A stretch of 63,546 nucleotides of DNA, filler included. It is 7 parts of 7 records of this genome, joined end to end, with 100 filler letters (N's around TTAATTAATTAA, not from the genome) between each part and the next. Parts side by side here need not be neighbours in the genome. Positions count along the whole stretch, not along the records: positions 1 to 7,010 come from SRR2962707_4701; positions 7,111 to 14,047 come from SRR2962707_4707; 5 more parts are not named here. The stretch is one strand, 5' to 3'. Below are positions 1 to 12,743 of the stretch, in pieces; position 1 is the first letter of the stretch; each line of letters starts with the position of its first letter. The translations under genes and the position numbers were made by a program. Below the pieces are notes generated by a model. The model was not told where the DNA came from and did not search any database. It was given only the letters and a program-made list of their open reading frames with translations.

Positions 1-28
1 GTGAGTGAGTGAGTGAGTGTGTGAGTGA
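1..28. repeat. (GTGA)n microsatellite at contig start
   Basis: Tandem GTGA units seen directly. The complementary (CTCA/CCCA)n run closes the contig at ~6983-7010. Confidence 0.8.
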
Positions 29-310
29 GACAAACTGCAAGAGGTGAGTCGTCGCGCTGCCGACGTGTCGCTACGACCAACTAACTCGTTCACTGACTTT
101 GTCTCGTTGGCACGGTGGGCTTGGTGCAAGTTGTCCGCACTGTTTTTGTTTTTCGTCGGTCGTTTTGTGGGTTTCGTCTTGGAGACCGCGGTTTTCGCTT
201 TATTTTTTATTTTTATTTTTATTTTTTTGTGTTTTGTTTTGTTGGCCAGGCTGCTTGCTGACTTGCCCTTGCATTTCGTCCTTCTCTTCCAATCCTCAGC
301 GCACGACGAG

Positions 311-1986
311 ATGGTGGATATCACGACGCTGCTTCTGGCGCCTGCAGACCGCATATTGTGTTTGATGGGACTTGTTGCGGCCATGGGACTCTCGCACGAG
401 CTCATCGCTGCTCGCAAACTGTGGCAGACATCGTGCCGGCACGCTTCTGGTTTGGTTGTCGTGGCCTTCGTCTATGTTCTTATCTGCGTTGCGTTCGTGG
501 CCTTCTCAGAGCTATCGCTTGTGGATTTTCAGGCGCATCTCGGGGCACTGCTACCGCCGGCAGTCGAGGCGTCCCTGTTGGGAGATGTTGTTGCCACGTT
601 GGTCTGCTTCGCCTTCAGCTGGGTGCTGAGCAATTCCTCGATGTACGATGCATACTGGAGCGTGCTGCCACCTGTGATTGGTGCATATTGGTGGTTCAAG
701 TCGTTTGACTTTGACCTCGACGATACTGCTACAAGCCTCGACTTTCATGCGTCGCCGCGCAACAGTCGACGATACCTCCAGGTGAGCGCAGGCAACCCCA
801 CAAATATCTGTCGCGGTAAGGCGTCCGATTGTCAGTTTGGAATTAATCGAGATTATTGGTGCTCTCGTTGTTGTGGTGGTTGCGTGTTGCGTGCTGGCTT
901 CAGATGGCCGTGTACGTAGTGTGGGCTTTGCGGCTGACGTACAACTGGGCGCGGGGATGGCCGGGCCTGCATCATGTTGACTGGCGCTACGTGCCAGGTG
1001 CCGCCTCACCTCAGCCTTTCTCGCAAAGACAGTGCGTTTCACAGAACCTGTTTGAACCAAAACGTTTGCTTTGTGTTGCAAACTTTGACACTTACGTGTT
1101 GTTGGCGACACGACTAGGGCTCCCGTTGCTTTCTGGGCAATGTCGTTTTTCTCCTTCCATCTGTACCCGACGATCGCTGTTTTCATTGTACGTTCCACCT
1201 GGTGCATTGTTCACTCGTGCAATTGAGCCGTGTATCTCGCTGATGCATGTGTTCTTAACGTTTTGCTGTGTTTTGAAGGCCATGGTCCCATCTTCTGTAA
1301 CACTGTACGCTGCAAGCAGTGACACTCCGGCTGAACCGCTGAACGTGATTGACCTCCTCGCTTTTGCAACAGGCATTGGCGCTGCCTTGCTGCAACATGT
1401 ACGTTCAACAAGCACGTCACGCTCGTTTACCAAAACAGTTCACACGGTCACGTGCAGACAACTTTGTGTTGTCCACTGCAGGTGGCAGACAACCAAATGT
1501 TTGAGTTCCGCAAGCGCAAGAACAAACGCCCAGAGGATGTTATGGTTGAGGGTTGGTTTTGTTGAACTTTTATGCATCGCAAGAGCATGTTGAAGCCATT
1601 CAGGCTGGATTGAATAGCTTGTGCTGTGTGATGGTATCAACGTATAGGTGTGTGGGGATACAGCCGACACCCGAACTACCTTGGCGAAAACATGCACTGG
1701 TGGGCACACTACCTTTTCGCCCTGGCGGCAACTGGTGCGTGACTTTGCAAACGAACTGGAAAAGTGTTGTGACATTTCCGTTGACTTCCTTTCGCGTCAA
1801 CGCTTTGAATGCACATTTTCAGGTGGATCTCTCAACATGTTCTACATCGCCTGCCCACTCTCGATCACAATTCTCTTCCTCACAGCAAGCATTCCGATGA
1901 TGGAAAAACGCATGCTCCTGAAACGTCCTTCGTATCAGGGTGTCATCGACAACATTCCGATGCTAATTCCGTTCACAAAATGCTAA
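311..1986 (+). CDS. DUF1295 / steroid 5-alpha-reductase-like integral membrane protein (spliced, ~7 exons)
   Basis: Exons give family motifs SNSSMYDAYWSV, WALRLTYNWARGWPGLHHVDWRY, FHLYPT, VADNQM, WGYSRHPNYLGE, SIPMMEKRML. GT-AG introns, e.g. 782-903. One junction near 990-1120 is uncertain. Confidence 0.85.
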
Positions 1987-2014
1987 GTAAGAATTTTAGA
2001 GGCTTACTCTCATG

Positions 2015-4094
2015 CTAGTCAATATCACTGGTTTCGCAGTCCGTGGGCGGCTGGTTGACTAAAACGTCATCGCACAGTCTATAGTTCACAACCGCACTTC
2101 GAATGCGCAAGGCGACCATGTGCTGCGCTGTCGATGCACCCCACAGTTGAGCATGCCCGTCCATTTCATTGTTCATTGCAAATCCAATGCAATCCACGTT
2201 CCCACCTTCGCCAGCAAACACAAATGCACGGCCTGACGCGCGGCACAGTGTTCAGAAATAATGCACATGTTCAGCAACAAGCCTAACCAGACCAACTTCA
2301 AGGCAACAGACACAGATTCCTCACCATTGCTCTCTCCCAGCATGCTTGATGCCTGTCCAAAGTTGGTGGAATCATTGAAGCTTGCCACAACAAACTGTTG
2401 CAACATGGTGGTTGGGACCATGCCGGCGTTGTTAGCTACTGTGTGCGTCGCGCCAAACAAAAAGGCAGCCTCGAGACCCACGCCCGTGTCAGTAACATTA
2501 CCGCTTCCAGTCGAATTTGCTGATGGAAACGCTAGGGTCTTGTCCCAAAAACTTGGGTGCAGTTGAACACTGGAAAATCTGTTCGTCAGAGGATTGGGCC
2601 TAGCAGGTCAAAAAAAGGCCAATGAGCAACACGGATGCGAATTCGCTCACATTTCAAAAATCAAGCACCCACTGCAAAGGTGACGCACCAAACCAAATGC
2701 ACCCCGATTTGGCACTGATCTACCATAAGTTGTGAGAAAGATCCCCATGGACCAGTTGCTGGCGCCAGAGCCTGAGCCTCGACTCCAGCAACTGGATCGA
2801 CCATCGCGGTCCATGCGCTTCCATGGGCATATCCAAGTCTCACCCCAGTGTTTATACCAAAGAAAAACAAGTCCGCGGCCGTGTAGCCATCGGCGCTGTG
2901 GCGTTCATGCATCGCATTGTCAGGCACGGCGATCAGAAATCGGCGGAACCCATGGCTGCAGCTGAGAAATTCGCAGTCACTAAACACCCACGAACCGTCC
3001 AAGCCACAGTCCTACATTTGCGGGGTTTAATGCAACGAGCGCAGGAAGCACCGTAAAACTGCCGCGGCACCGCTCAGTGCCTTCTCCGGTAGACCCCGGT
3101 CCGCAAATGTCGGGTCCAGGACGTGGGCCGAAAACTCGGTCAGCGGCATTGATGATAAAGCGCAGATTCTGGAAAGACATTACATCCTCCGCTTGCTCAA
3201 CACACACAAAACGCCCAAAGCCCCAGCCGTGGACATTGCGAATGGTGCTTTGTCCATGCCCACCGCCGGCAAAATAAATGAAGTCCACAAAGCCGGCACC
3301 AATTACATCCGTGACGTACACGCGCCGTCCTGGCAGACGAACACAGAGCCCGTTTTGTCAATGGGCAGATCAAGCATGCATGCCGCCCTAACACGCGCCA
3401 CTGTAAACGCTCTACAACAGTGCGCCCTGGTCACCTCTAACGTACCTTCTGTTATGTAGAATGTTGGCCCCACTCCCAAGCTGTACACATGGTCGCTCAG
3501 AAAACCAGCGTGCGCCTCGGTAAAGTTCGCGTAATGAAAAGGCGATGTCATGTCGTCCCCGAGAATCTCGTCATCCGTTGGAAAGGGCATTTCATCGTAA
3601 ATGATTTCAAGCCCGCGCACAACGCATCCAGCCGTGAGCTCGAACAACGGACGCCCAGGCACTGTCGCAGTGCCACCAGGGCGTCGTCTCCGCACCGCTG
3701 GACGAGCCAGAATACGAGAGCCGCCAGTCGTGTTGAAGTCACCGGGTGCACCAAATGCCCACGGTGGACTGGGCGCTCCAGCAAGGTTTCCAACAATCTG
3801 AACCCCATTCGGCAATGAAACTGTGCCCGTCAGCACATACCCTGCCCCAAGTTCCGCAGCTGGAACGCCCACGCAGCCGGCAGTTGAGGCGACTGCCGCC
3901 ACTGCCGCAACAAAAGCAGGTGTATCATCGTGCACGCCATCACCGAGTGCCCCGAAATCTGTCACTAGCACGCAGCTGCCATGAACAGCAGCCTGCGGTT
4001 GTTGACTCTCTGGTGCAGTCCGCGGCCGCGAAGAAGGTGCGGCAGCTGTGTAAGAATGAACAACAACCAGGAGCAATATCGCGACGCGGCACAT
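2015..4094 (-). CDS. Secreted pectate-lyase-superfamily (Pectate_lyase_3-like) beta-helix protein, spliced (~5 exons)
   Basis: Signal-peptide-like MCRVAILLLVVVHSYTAAA, then the VTDFGALGDGVHDDTPAFVAAV motif. ORFs 3303-4106, 2980-3321, 2661-3002, 2173-2481 and 2015-2221 join through GT-AG introns. Confidence 0.7.
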
Positions 4095-4610
4095 TGCGCG
4101 ATCCAAAGACCGTCAACGTGCGCACATTGTTTTCGTGGCACTGTTTAGCGCGTCCTGTCCTTTGCGTTATCTTTTCTTTTGTTCTTCTTCTTGGTTTAGT
4201 TTTTGGCTTTTTTTTAGTTTTCCTTTCTTCTTTTTTTTTTCTTTTTCTTTCGAGAGAGTCTCGAGAGTCTCGAGGGAGTGTCGTGCACGAGTGCGGGTGA
4301 GGGTGTCTGAGTGAAAATACAACGCGCTTTTTACTCAATCAGGGGAGCATCCTATCGCCCTTGCCAATGAATGCACGACTGTTGTCTCAAACGCAATTCA
4401 TCGGTTGAGTGACGAGGTGGGCGACGCATTGTTGTTCTGTACACGAAGGCAGAAACACCGTGTTCATGTCACCCAGGTGTGCCTCCGTGAACGCTTTGGC
4501 GATTGTCGCGATTGATTCTATGATCGTGAGTACGGCATTTGTATTGAGCCCAGGTCCATCGGTGCAGTGGTTTTGGCCAGAACGATTCGGAGCTTTTAAC
4601 ATCGGTTAAA

Positions 4611-6455
4611 TTAGTTGATCGGAGGACGCACAGAACAAGTGGGGTCTGCCTTAAGGCGGGCTATTTGTTGGCGCAGCTGCGCAATCTGGTCTCCTTGCCT
4701 CGTCCAGGCTGCAATGAGTACTGCCACAAGCACGACAAGCACCGCAACCAGTGCTGTCAGAACCATTGAGATTTGCGCAGTTTTGCTCCCGTCACACAGC
4801 TCATCTTGAAGCCGAGTTTCGATTTCAACAAAAGCTTCCTCTTGGTCAATGTCTTGATCCGCATCCAATGGGTCCATCAACTCGTCATCTGATAACTTGG
4901 TGTTCCGGTCGAAACCAAGCGGGGTGATGTCGTCGGCTTCTGAAAAAGTATTCGCTTCGTCACCTTCAGCATTGCTGGCAACTTGAAAAGCAGAATTGAC
5001 TTTGTGATTTTGATTCTCGGACTTTGCAGTGGGCGTATCATCTTGAGGTGGTTCTTGACTGTCGTTGTCATCGCCGTCATCCAGGACGTTGACGGAAAAA
5101 CGTGCATTGGCCTGGTGCTGTACGAGTACTTTTGCAAAGCTCATTGACCCTTGCACTGCAGCGATCTGCGGGGCATGAAGCAAACAAAAAACTGAAATCA
5201 AGCTGCAGGCTTTTACGCGTTTTGAGTGAAGGTACAGGCACACACTGACCTTGAGCGCTGTGAGATGCTGTTCATTTTCCAAGGAGGACATTGCCTTCGC
5301 CTCGAGAAGTTTTGCCAAAATGCTGGCATTGTTGTGCAGTGCTGCGAAATGAATGGGCGCGGACCCAGAGTCTGGCATGGCAGACGACAGACGGGGTCAG
5401 ACCACCATCGAAGGCCCTTGCTGCCGGAACCAGACGAAGTGCGAATCGATTGGGTGTTTGGCGCGCAGGCAGTACAGACAGCCAAGTGCCACCATTAGAA
5501 CATACTTCTGGCAACATTTGGATCAGCTTGATGCTCAAGCAAAATGTCTGCCAGTTCTGTATTGTCAACCAGACAGGCCATCGCTAAAGGAGATGTCCCG
5601 TCGTTTGCTGCTTGCTCAACATTTGCTTTATTCTCCAACAACAGCACCGCTGCACCAGCATGCCCATTGGAAACTGCCAACAACAACGGCGTCAGCCCAG
5701 CTTCGCGAGTTCGAAGGTCGGGTTCGAAAGACCGATGGCTGGACAAGATCTAAGGGCGAGATCAGCGTGGCGAATTTAATAGCGAGCGAGTGACAAGGTG
5801 GCTTCCCGGCATGTTGAACGTCATACACATGACAAACCTGCAGAACATCAACTTGCCCCGTCGACGCTGCTACATGCGCGGGGCTTTGGTAGTCTGGAAG
5901 CGTGGGAACGTTAACGTTTGTAATCTTTGCGACAACAGCGGCAACGGTTGCTGTGTCGTGGTCTCTGATTGCAACGTGCAGATCCACATACAATGGATTC
6001 CGGTCGTTTTTCTCAGCGGCTGCTTCTTCGTCAGCTGCCCTTTGTGCACTCGAGGCGCCAGACTTTGATTGTATCGTGGACGTCAAATTTGCAGCTGCAC
6101 CACGGCCTTTCTTTTGCCGACGGCGCCTACGCCCAGATCGTTTGGGGTACAAGACGCGAATTTCTTCGACTTTTGGGGACTCAGCGCTCCTCGGGTATTC
6201 TCCGTGCTGACCAACTGAAGTTGTCGGACTCTCGACGTCGTCAGCCCGATCGTGGTTCTTCTCGTCGGAAACAGAAGTCCGAGCTTCAGCGATATCAACA
6301 GATGCGCTTGCCTTCGCACTTTCTCTTTTAGGCGACTTAACCATTGCGACGAGAACAAAAGCAAGAAACGAGTGAATGAGAAAACGAAAGCACTCGTCGG
6401 CCACCTGCCAGGCTCCCTCGCGTGCAAGCAAAGCTTCTTTAACGTTTAACGCCAT
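4611..6455 (-). CDS. Ankyrin-repeat protein with acidic linker and C-terminal transmembrane helix (spliced; start 6455 or 6344, 3' end uncertain)
   Basis: Ankyrin repeats SPAHVAASTG, TPLLLAVSNGHAGAAVLLL, TSPLAMACLVDNTELADILL, APIHFAALHNNASILAKLL. Hydrophobic ISMVLTALVAVLVVLVAVLIAAW near the C-terminus. Confidence 0.75.
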
Positions 6456-7010
6456 GAATGCTTGCCGCCGTCGTTAGCATCGTTGATTGGAGCATCGTCA
6501 AGATGAGAGCAGCAGCTGTTCGTTAGTACTTCAACCTTGATTGAGCGTGCAACTATCAGCCGAACAAGAATAAAATTGTCCTGAAGAGTTATTGTGCAAC
6601 CGCAATGTCAATGGATCCACTTTTGTGCGACATGTTGCAGAACACTAGCCAAGCGGGGGTCGCACAGCTTTAATTAATTAAAGGTGGCCCCAGGTGTTCG
6701 TGCCTAGCTTGGTGGCTGGCACAGGAAGGTACGTTCTTTTCGTGCTGCAACTGACCCTTCAAGTACAGGCAGGCAGAGAGGAGCAATCGACACCGACTGA
6801 CGAAAAGCGGAGCGTTCCACCGATCGAATCGAATCGCCTGCTTGATTTGAGTGATGCTCTCCGTCCAAGCTTGGGGAGTGTGTGTGGACGCTGGGTCAGC
6901 CAAGCGTCAGTCCGCAGAGAGAGAGAGAGCTTGTAGAGCAAAGATGTAGCAGCAAGCGAGAGCAAATCCTTCACACGCAGACTCACCCACCCACCCACTC
7001 ACTCACTCAC

Positions 7011-7110
7011 NNNNNNNNNNNNNNNNNNNNNNNNNNNNNNNNNNNNNNNNNNNNTTAATTAATTAANNNNNNNNNNNNNNNNNNNNNNNNNNNNNNNNNN
7101 NNNNNNNNNN
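7011..7110. other. Artificial contig spacer (N44-TTAATTAATTAA-N44)
   Basis: N runs flank a 12-mer with stops in all six frames. Confidence 0.98.
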
Positions 7111-7219
7111 CTCTCTCTCTCTCTCTCTAGAGCTCTCTCTCTCTAGAGCTCTCTCTCTAGCGCTCTCTCTAGAGCTCTCTCTAGAGCTCGCTCTCTCTGG
7201 AGCTCTCTCTCTCTCTCTC
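7111..7219. repeat. (CT)n / CTCTAGAG low-complexity microsatellite
   Basis: CT runs interrupted by TAGAG units at contig start. Confidence 0.85.
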
Positions 7220-7638
7220 CATCGATCGATCTGTCTGACTCACTTTCACTCGCTCAGGACAGACACACGCAACGACGCGCACTCCCACACACTGATGCCT
7301 GCATACCCTGCAGGTGGCGAACTTTACCACAAGACCAAAACAGTTGTCCTGAGTGAGTCGCTGTGGCGATGCTGCTTCCGAGTTCATGGTGCGTGAAGAC
7401 GTACGGAGGTTTGTTGCCGCATTGCAACTCCAGGAAAACCAACGAACGAATATTGATTTTTTTCGTTGGTTCGTCTTTTGCTTGTGTATTCGTTGATTTT
7501 TAAGTTGCTGTGTCTTCAATCAACCGCTGCCCTTGAAGTCATACGAATGTCTGAGTAAGCCTTCGTGGCATGGGCGCGAAGCCCTTCCATCTACGCAAGT
7601 CTTCAGTGCCGACTCGCACTTGCCGCGCCACGTCGTCG

Positions 7639-10600
7639 ATGCGGCGTTTTCTTGTGGACATCGCCTTCTGCTTTTGCTTCTCACTTGCGCTTCACACCAG
7701 ACTCGCTGCTGGTGAATGCCTCACGCCCCCCGACAGCGACAGCGACGGCGTCTGCGACTTTTCCGACACGTGCCCATTTGACCCCTCCAACGACCTGGAC
7801 AGCGACAGCTTGTGCTCTTGCCCACAAAACCCCTCTTTGAGTGATACAGATGCGGACGGAATCTGTGACGAAAGCGATTCTTGCCCGCTCGACGCTTCCA
7901 ATGCAGATTCGGACAGCGATGCCATTTGCAATCTTGTGGACGCCTGCCCCGCCGACGCACTCAATGACAACGACAGTGATGGGCTTTGCGACGGCTCGGA
8001 TTCTTGCCCGAACGATATGCTCAATGATGCTGACAGTGACGGGATGTGTGGACTCACCGATCCTTGCCCTGCAGACCCACTGAACGACTCAGATAGTGAT
8101 GGCATTTGCGATGGCGGCGACAGTTGCTTGGAGGACAACTTGAACGACGCTGATAGTGATACTATTTGCGATGGTGTTGACTCGTGTCTCAGTGATCCTA
8201 CCAACGATGATGACGACAGTGATAGGATATGCGACACCGTCGATTCTTGCCCGTTGGACGATCTGAACACTGACGCAGATAGTGATGGGCTATGCGACAA
8301 TAGCACTGACCAATGTCCAGGGGATAGTTTCAACGATGGGGACAGCGACAGTGTCTGCGATGGCGTTGACTCGTGCCGTGGTGACTCGACCAATGACGCC
8401 GACAGCGACGACGTGTGTGGGCTTGCCGACGTGTGCCCCGATGATGCGTCGAACGACGCCGACAGTGACAGCGTGTGCGATACGGCTGATAGTTGCTTGG
8501 GCGACGCCAGGAACGACGCGGATAGCGACACCGTTTGTGATCTCGTTGATTCTTGTTTGAATGACGCAGGCAACTTAGACAACGACAACGATGCAATTTG
8601 CGATGCTGTTGATCCGTGCCTGGAAGATGCCGTAAATGCTGATGGCGACAGCGATGGTTTCTGTGATAGCAAAGATTCTTGCCTAAACGACGCCTTGAAT
8701 GACAAAGACAGTGACGGTCTCTGTGATGGTGTAGACTCGTGCCGTGGGGATGCCTTAAATGATGCAGACGGTGACGGTGTGTGCGCTGCGTCTGACGACT
8801 GCCCTTTCGATTCCTTAAATGACGCTGACAGTGATGGAATTTGTGATGGCAGCGATTCGTGTTTGAACGACAGTCTGAATGACGGAGATAGTGACGCCGT
8901 GTGTGATTTGGTCGACTCTTGCCGTGGCGATGTGACAAACGACTCCGATAGCGATGGCATATGTGGTGCAGTGGACAGTTGTCGTTTTGACGCTTTAAAT
9001 GATGACGACAGCGACAACGTGTGCGATGGGGAAGACAGCTGCTTGGATGATGTGTTGAACGACGCGGACAGCGACGGAGTTTGTGATGGCGTCGATTCGT
9101 GTCTCGAAGATGCGGAAAACGACTCTGATAGCGATGGCCTTTGTGCGAGCTTTGATTCATGCCCGTCGGACGCCATGAATGATGGCGACAGCGACAGAGT
9201 TTGTGACAGCATTGACAGTTGCCGAAACGACTCACTGAATGACAACGACAGCGATCAGGTGTGCGACGGTGTGGATTCTTGCCCTCGCGATGCCTTGAAT
9301 GACGATGACAGTGACGGTGTATGCGACGGGGCTGACTCTTGCGCAGATGATGCACTGAACGATGGCGATAGTGATGGTGTTTGCGATGGAGCCGACTCCT
9401 GTCGCGATGATTCATTGAATGACAGCGACGGCGACAGCATATGCGATAGAATTGACTCTTGCCGGGACGATCAATTGAACGACCTCGATAGCGACTTTTT
9501 GTGCAGCGCGGTAGACTCCTGCGCGACAGACGCCTTGAATGATGAGGATTTTGACGGCATCTGCGACAGCGTCGACTCATGTCGCAACGATGATTTGAAC
9601 GATGCTGACAGTGATGACGTGTGCGATGGTGTGGACTCCTGCCTTGGAGATGCAACCAATGATGGAGATGGAGACGGCATATGTGACGCCATGGACTCAT
9701 GTCCAGCTGATGCTGCAAATGACAGCGACTCTGATGATGTGTGCGACAGCGTTGACTCCTGCCTCGGGGATGCTTCCAACGACGCCGACTCTGATGGAGT
9801 TTGTGACAATAAGGACTCATGTCAAGGCGATCTCCTGAATGATGCAGACAGTGACAATGTGTGTGATGGCACCGAATCGTGTCCTGGAGATTCGATTAAT
9901 GACGTGGACAGTGACAGTATTTGCTCCTCGTTAGACTCTTGCCCTGTTGATGAGCTGAATGACATCGACTCTGACGCCCTCTGTTACAATGACGATCCAT
10001 GCCCGACAATCTCCCTCAACAAAGTGGACTTGACGAGCAAATGTGTTGACTACTTTTGCAATGATTTTAACGGAGACGGTGTGTGTGATTTTCAAGCGAT
10101 TGTCATGCCAAGTTCCCTATTTGTTGTTGTCAATGGACTTGGCACAGAAGTATTGCATGACGCTGCAACGACTGAGCTATTTCGAGACGTTCTGCGCCAA
10201 GCACTGCAGAAGGAACTTGCCGCATCTGGTTTGTACAGTCTTGGACATTTGACAGTCAACACACCCTTCTGTGGAGGCACGATTGCGCGCCGTGCCTGTG
10301 ATGCAACCACGACGTCCACGACCACAACAACAATGGCGTCCATTGCGACAACGCAAGCCTTTTCCGCCGCCACGACAACCCCAGTTGTGGCTGCGGTGCC
10401 AAATGCCCGACGAGCATTGGGACGGAGCAAAGCTGATCTAACAACTCAGTCGCAGAAGGTCAGACGTTTTCTCGGTGCTGCGAACTCCAACCCAACTGCG
10501 ACATTTGAATATTTTGGCACAATCCAAGTCCCAACAAGCCTTCGTTTGGACGCTACGAGCTTACTAATTCGAGTTAAGGACACGGTTGCCGTAGCGGTTG

Positions 10601-12559
10601 AAGACGGAACACTTCGTGACACTATCGCTGAGTTGTTTTCTCAAATGGGGTCCCTGGCATTCAATAGTTCCTTTGTTCAAGAGCTTCAGTGCGTGTCTTT
10701 TACCGGACCTTATTCTGTCATTGCTGATGATTTCTGAGTGCGTCACTTGTTTCACTGCACTGACCACCGCTTTGTCCCCTGGCTTTGCAGGTATTTTGCT
10801 GCTGGCAATGAATCTGAGCTGGCAGAGCTTATCAATGTGGACACCACACTCGCTCCAACTACAACGACGACGACCACCACCACCACAACAACAGAGCAAT
10901 TCCCCCTCTGTTGTTGCCAAGCAATTGACCGAGTTACAGGCGACATATTGGCATCTGTGTCTCACTTGTGCAACAACGACGGTTCGAATTTCCCATGATG
11001 CGGCCATGCGCAGTTCCGACATGCGTCTCCAAATTTTCGCTCATTTGGTGTTCGGTGCTTGTGGCTTTGTAGGCCTTCTCGCCATAAATTTCCACGCAAA
11101 CGCAGTATGTGCATTGGGCGGAGAAAGGCTAGCAGAACGTACGTTCATTTCAGTGCTCTCAATGAATGAAACAGCTTGTGTTTTAGAGCCTAGTCCTAAT
11201 CCATTTTATCAATGTTGAACTTTGTAGCAGAGTTTGCGGCCTCGTTCTGTCCCGTTCTGGCGGAAAATTGCAGTGACCTTCGAAATGTGTCGCGGGCTCA
11301 GTATCGACAGGCGGGCTTCGAAGATTCAACGTTTGTTGTGCAGTGCAGCCCAAATACACTCACAACCCAAGGCCCCTCGACAACTACCACCACAACCACG
11401 CAGTCCTTCGTGGAACTGTGGGACGGCGGGGCTTTTTGGCTCGTCATCTCACTTGTGATATTATCCGTCGTGGGATTGATTTTTGGTCTTGTGTTTTTTT
11501 TTCGGCATCGGCGGTTGCAGGAAGGTCCGTGCATCAGCATTGAATGAAAATGTGATGCAGATTTTCGAACGTTCTGTCGATAGTCTTATTAGTAACGGTT
11601 TGGTGTCGCGCTGTTCGCTCGCATGATGTGCATAAAGAGCGACGCCAGCAGGAACTGTACGACGAGTCCATTGCTCGCGCGTCGAAACACCCTTTCAATA
11701 CTCGACGCGACCCAAGCGCTGTAACAGTCGCAGTAGCTTCTCCAAGTTCGCCCGGTGGACGTTCCACGGCGATTGGTGGACAAGATCGATTCAAATACGC
11801 CACTGGAGCCTTTACTTTGCGCCAGTTAATCAAAGCCGTCTACGATTTCCTGAAGGTCCGTTGCACCGTCGCACGATTGTGGCTGGAGCGCGATATGGAG
11901 GCCAGCATTCGGGTACATGTGAATGTTTTTTATTTGTTTATTTTTTTTTGTCTTTGTGTCTGTGTGTAGGAGCACAACCCTTTGATCAAGAAAAAAGCAA
12001 AACGGCTTGCCCAGGTCTACTACGGCCGCGAAGCAAAACTTTTTTTGAAGCTCAAGACGACTTATGGAGGTAAACCTTACTTTGGAAAGATTGAAGCTGG
12101 TTTTGGTTGCGCTTTTTTTTCGCTCTTCTCCTATTTGTTTTGTGCTCACTTTGGGCGTGTACGTCTTTTCTTTTTTTTTGTTTTTTTCCCAAAAAAGCCG
12201 TTCCGGAAATGCCTCCGGACTTTGATGACGCAATCATGTTAATGGTTGCGGGGAACATGGTGAGCGCCGCCCAGCTTATGCGCTTGTCGGGTCGAAATGA
12301 ATTGTCAGCTTTCCCAACACCAAGCCCACGACGACGTCGCAACGGCAGTCACGAAGATAACGCAGCTTCAAGTCCTTCAGGAGGTGAGATAGAAATGCAA
12401 TTCATGCAGCCGGCTGGCGAAGCGTCTCGAGCTGACCCAGAGCGCTCCAGTCCTTACACTCACGCTCCGAACGCGTCCAACAACTACGGTGGCATGAGCG
12501 GCAGGTTGTCACCAAAGACTCCAAGAGGGTCGATGAGACGTGCCAGCGCGGTTGTGTAG
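7639..12559 (+). CDS. Type I membrane protein with ~38 thrombospondin type-3-like Ca2+-binding repeats, Thr-rich stalks, TM helix and cytoplasmic tail (6 exons)
   Basis: Signal peptide MRRFLVDIAFCFCFSLALHTRLAAG; 20-aa unit NDxDSDGxCDxxDSC; first intron 10689-10790; TM AFWLVISLVILSVVGLIFGLVFFF; stop at 12559. Confidence 0.8.
7732..10002 (+). repeat. ~38 degenerate 60-bp coding tandem repeats (DxDxDGxCDxxDxC)
   Basis: I counted 38 Cys-pair units in the translation, one of them truncated. Codons are strongly diverged between units. Confidence 0.9.
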
Positions 12560-12743
12560 ATGCCAGGCGCGATTGATGCCACAAACGCGCAACTGTCGCG
12601 GCGGCAGCACGCGCCAGTGATCAGACAAGTGTCAATTGTTCAAGCATTGGCAACTGAATGTTCGAAGCCAGTGCGAAAAGTTGGTGAACTCTTGGGCTTA
12701 ATTTAAAACGAAATAGTCTATCCTCACACGTTGTATGCAATTG

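Noticed and set aside
985-1120. Possible non-canonical CT-AC intron in the DUF1295 gene (CG|CTACGT...GACAC|TTAC)
   Set aside because: It would need an extra frameshift. A canonical GTGCGT...TAG intron (~1032-1117) restores the frame without one. Unresolved without RNA data.
311-1986. Functional link between DUF1295 and the bacterial cfa/DUF1365 cluster, families often linked in bacteria
   Set aside because: Different contigs and different kingdoms; co-occurrence is an artefact of concatenation.
6670-6903. Short minus-strand ORF with a TPR-like look
   Set aside because: No ATG start, no convincing splice continuation, and close to the contig end.
7692-9820. Long antisense ORFs (517 and 496 aa)
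   Set aside because: Shadows of the Asp/Ser/Cys repeat on the plus strand.
7732-10002. Regular ~60-bp periodicity as a CRISPR array or satellite
   Set aside because: Conservation is at protein level with diverged codons in one long frame. There are no identical repeats with unique spacers and no cas genes.
10730-10795. TGA read-through or recoding at the end of the 1055-aa ORF
   Set aside because: A canonical GTGCGT donor at 10689 removes the stop and keeps the frame (ELQ|YFAAG).
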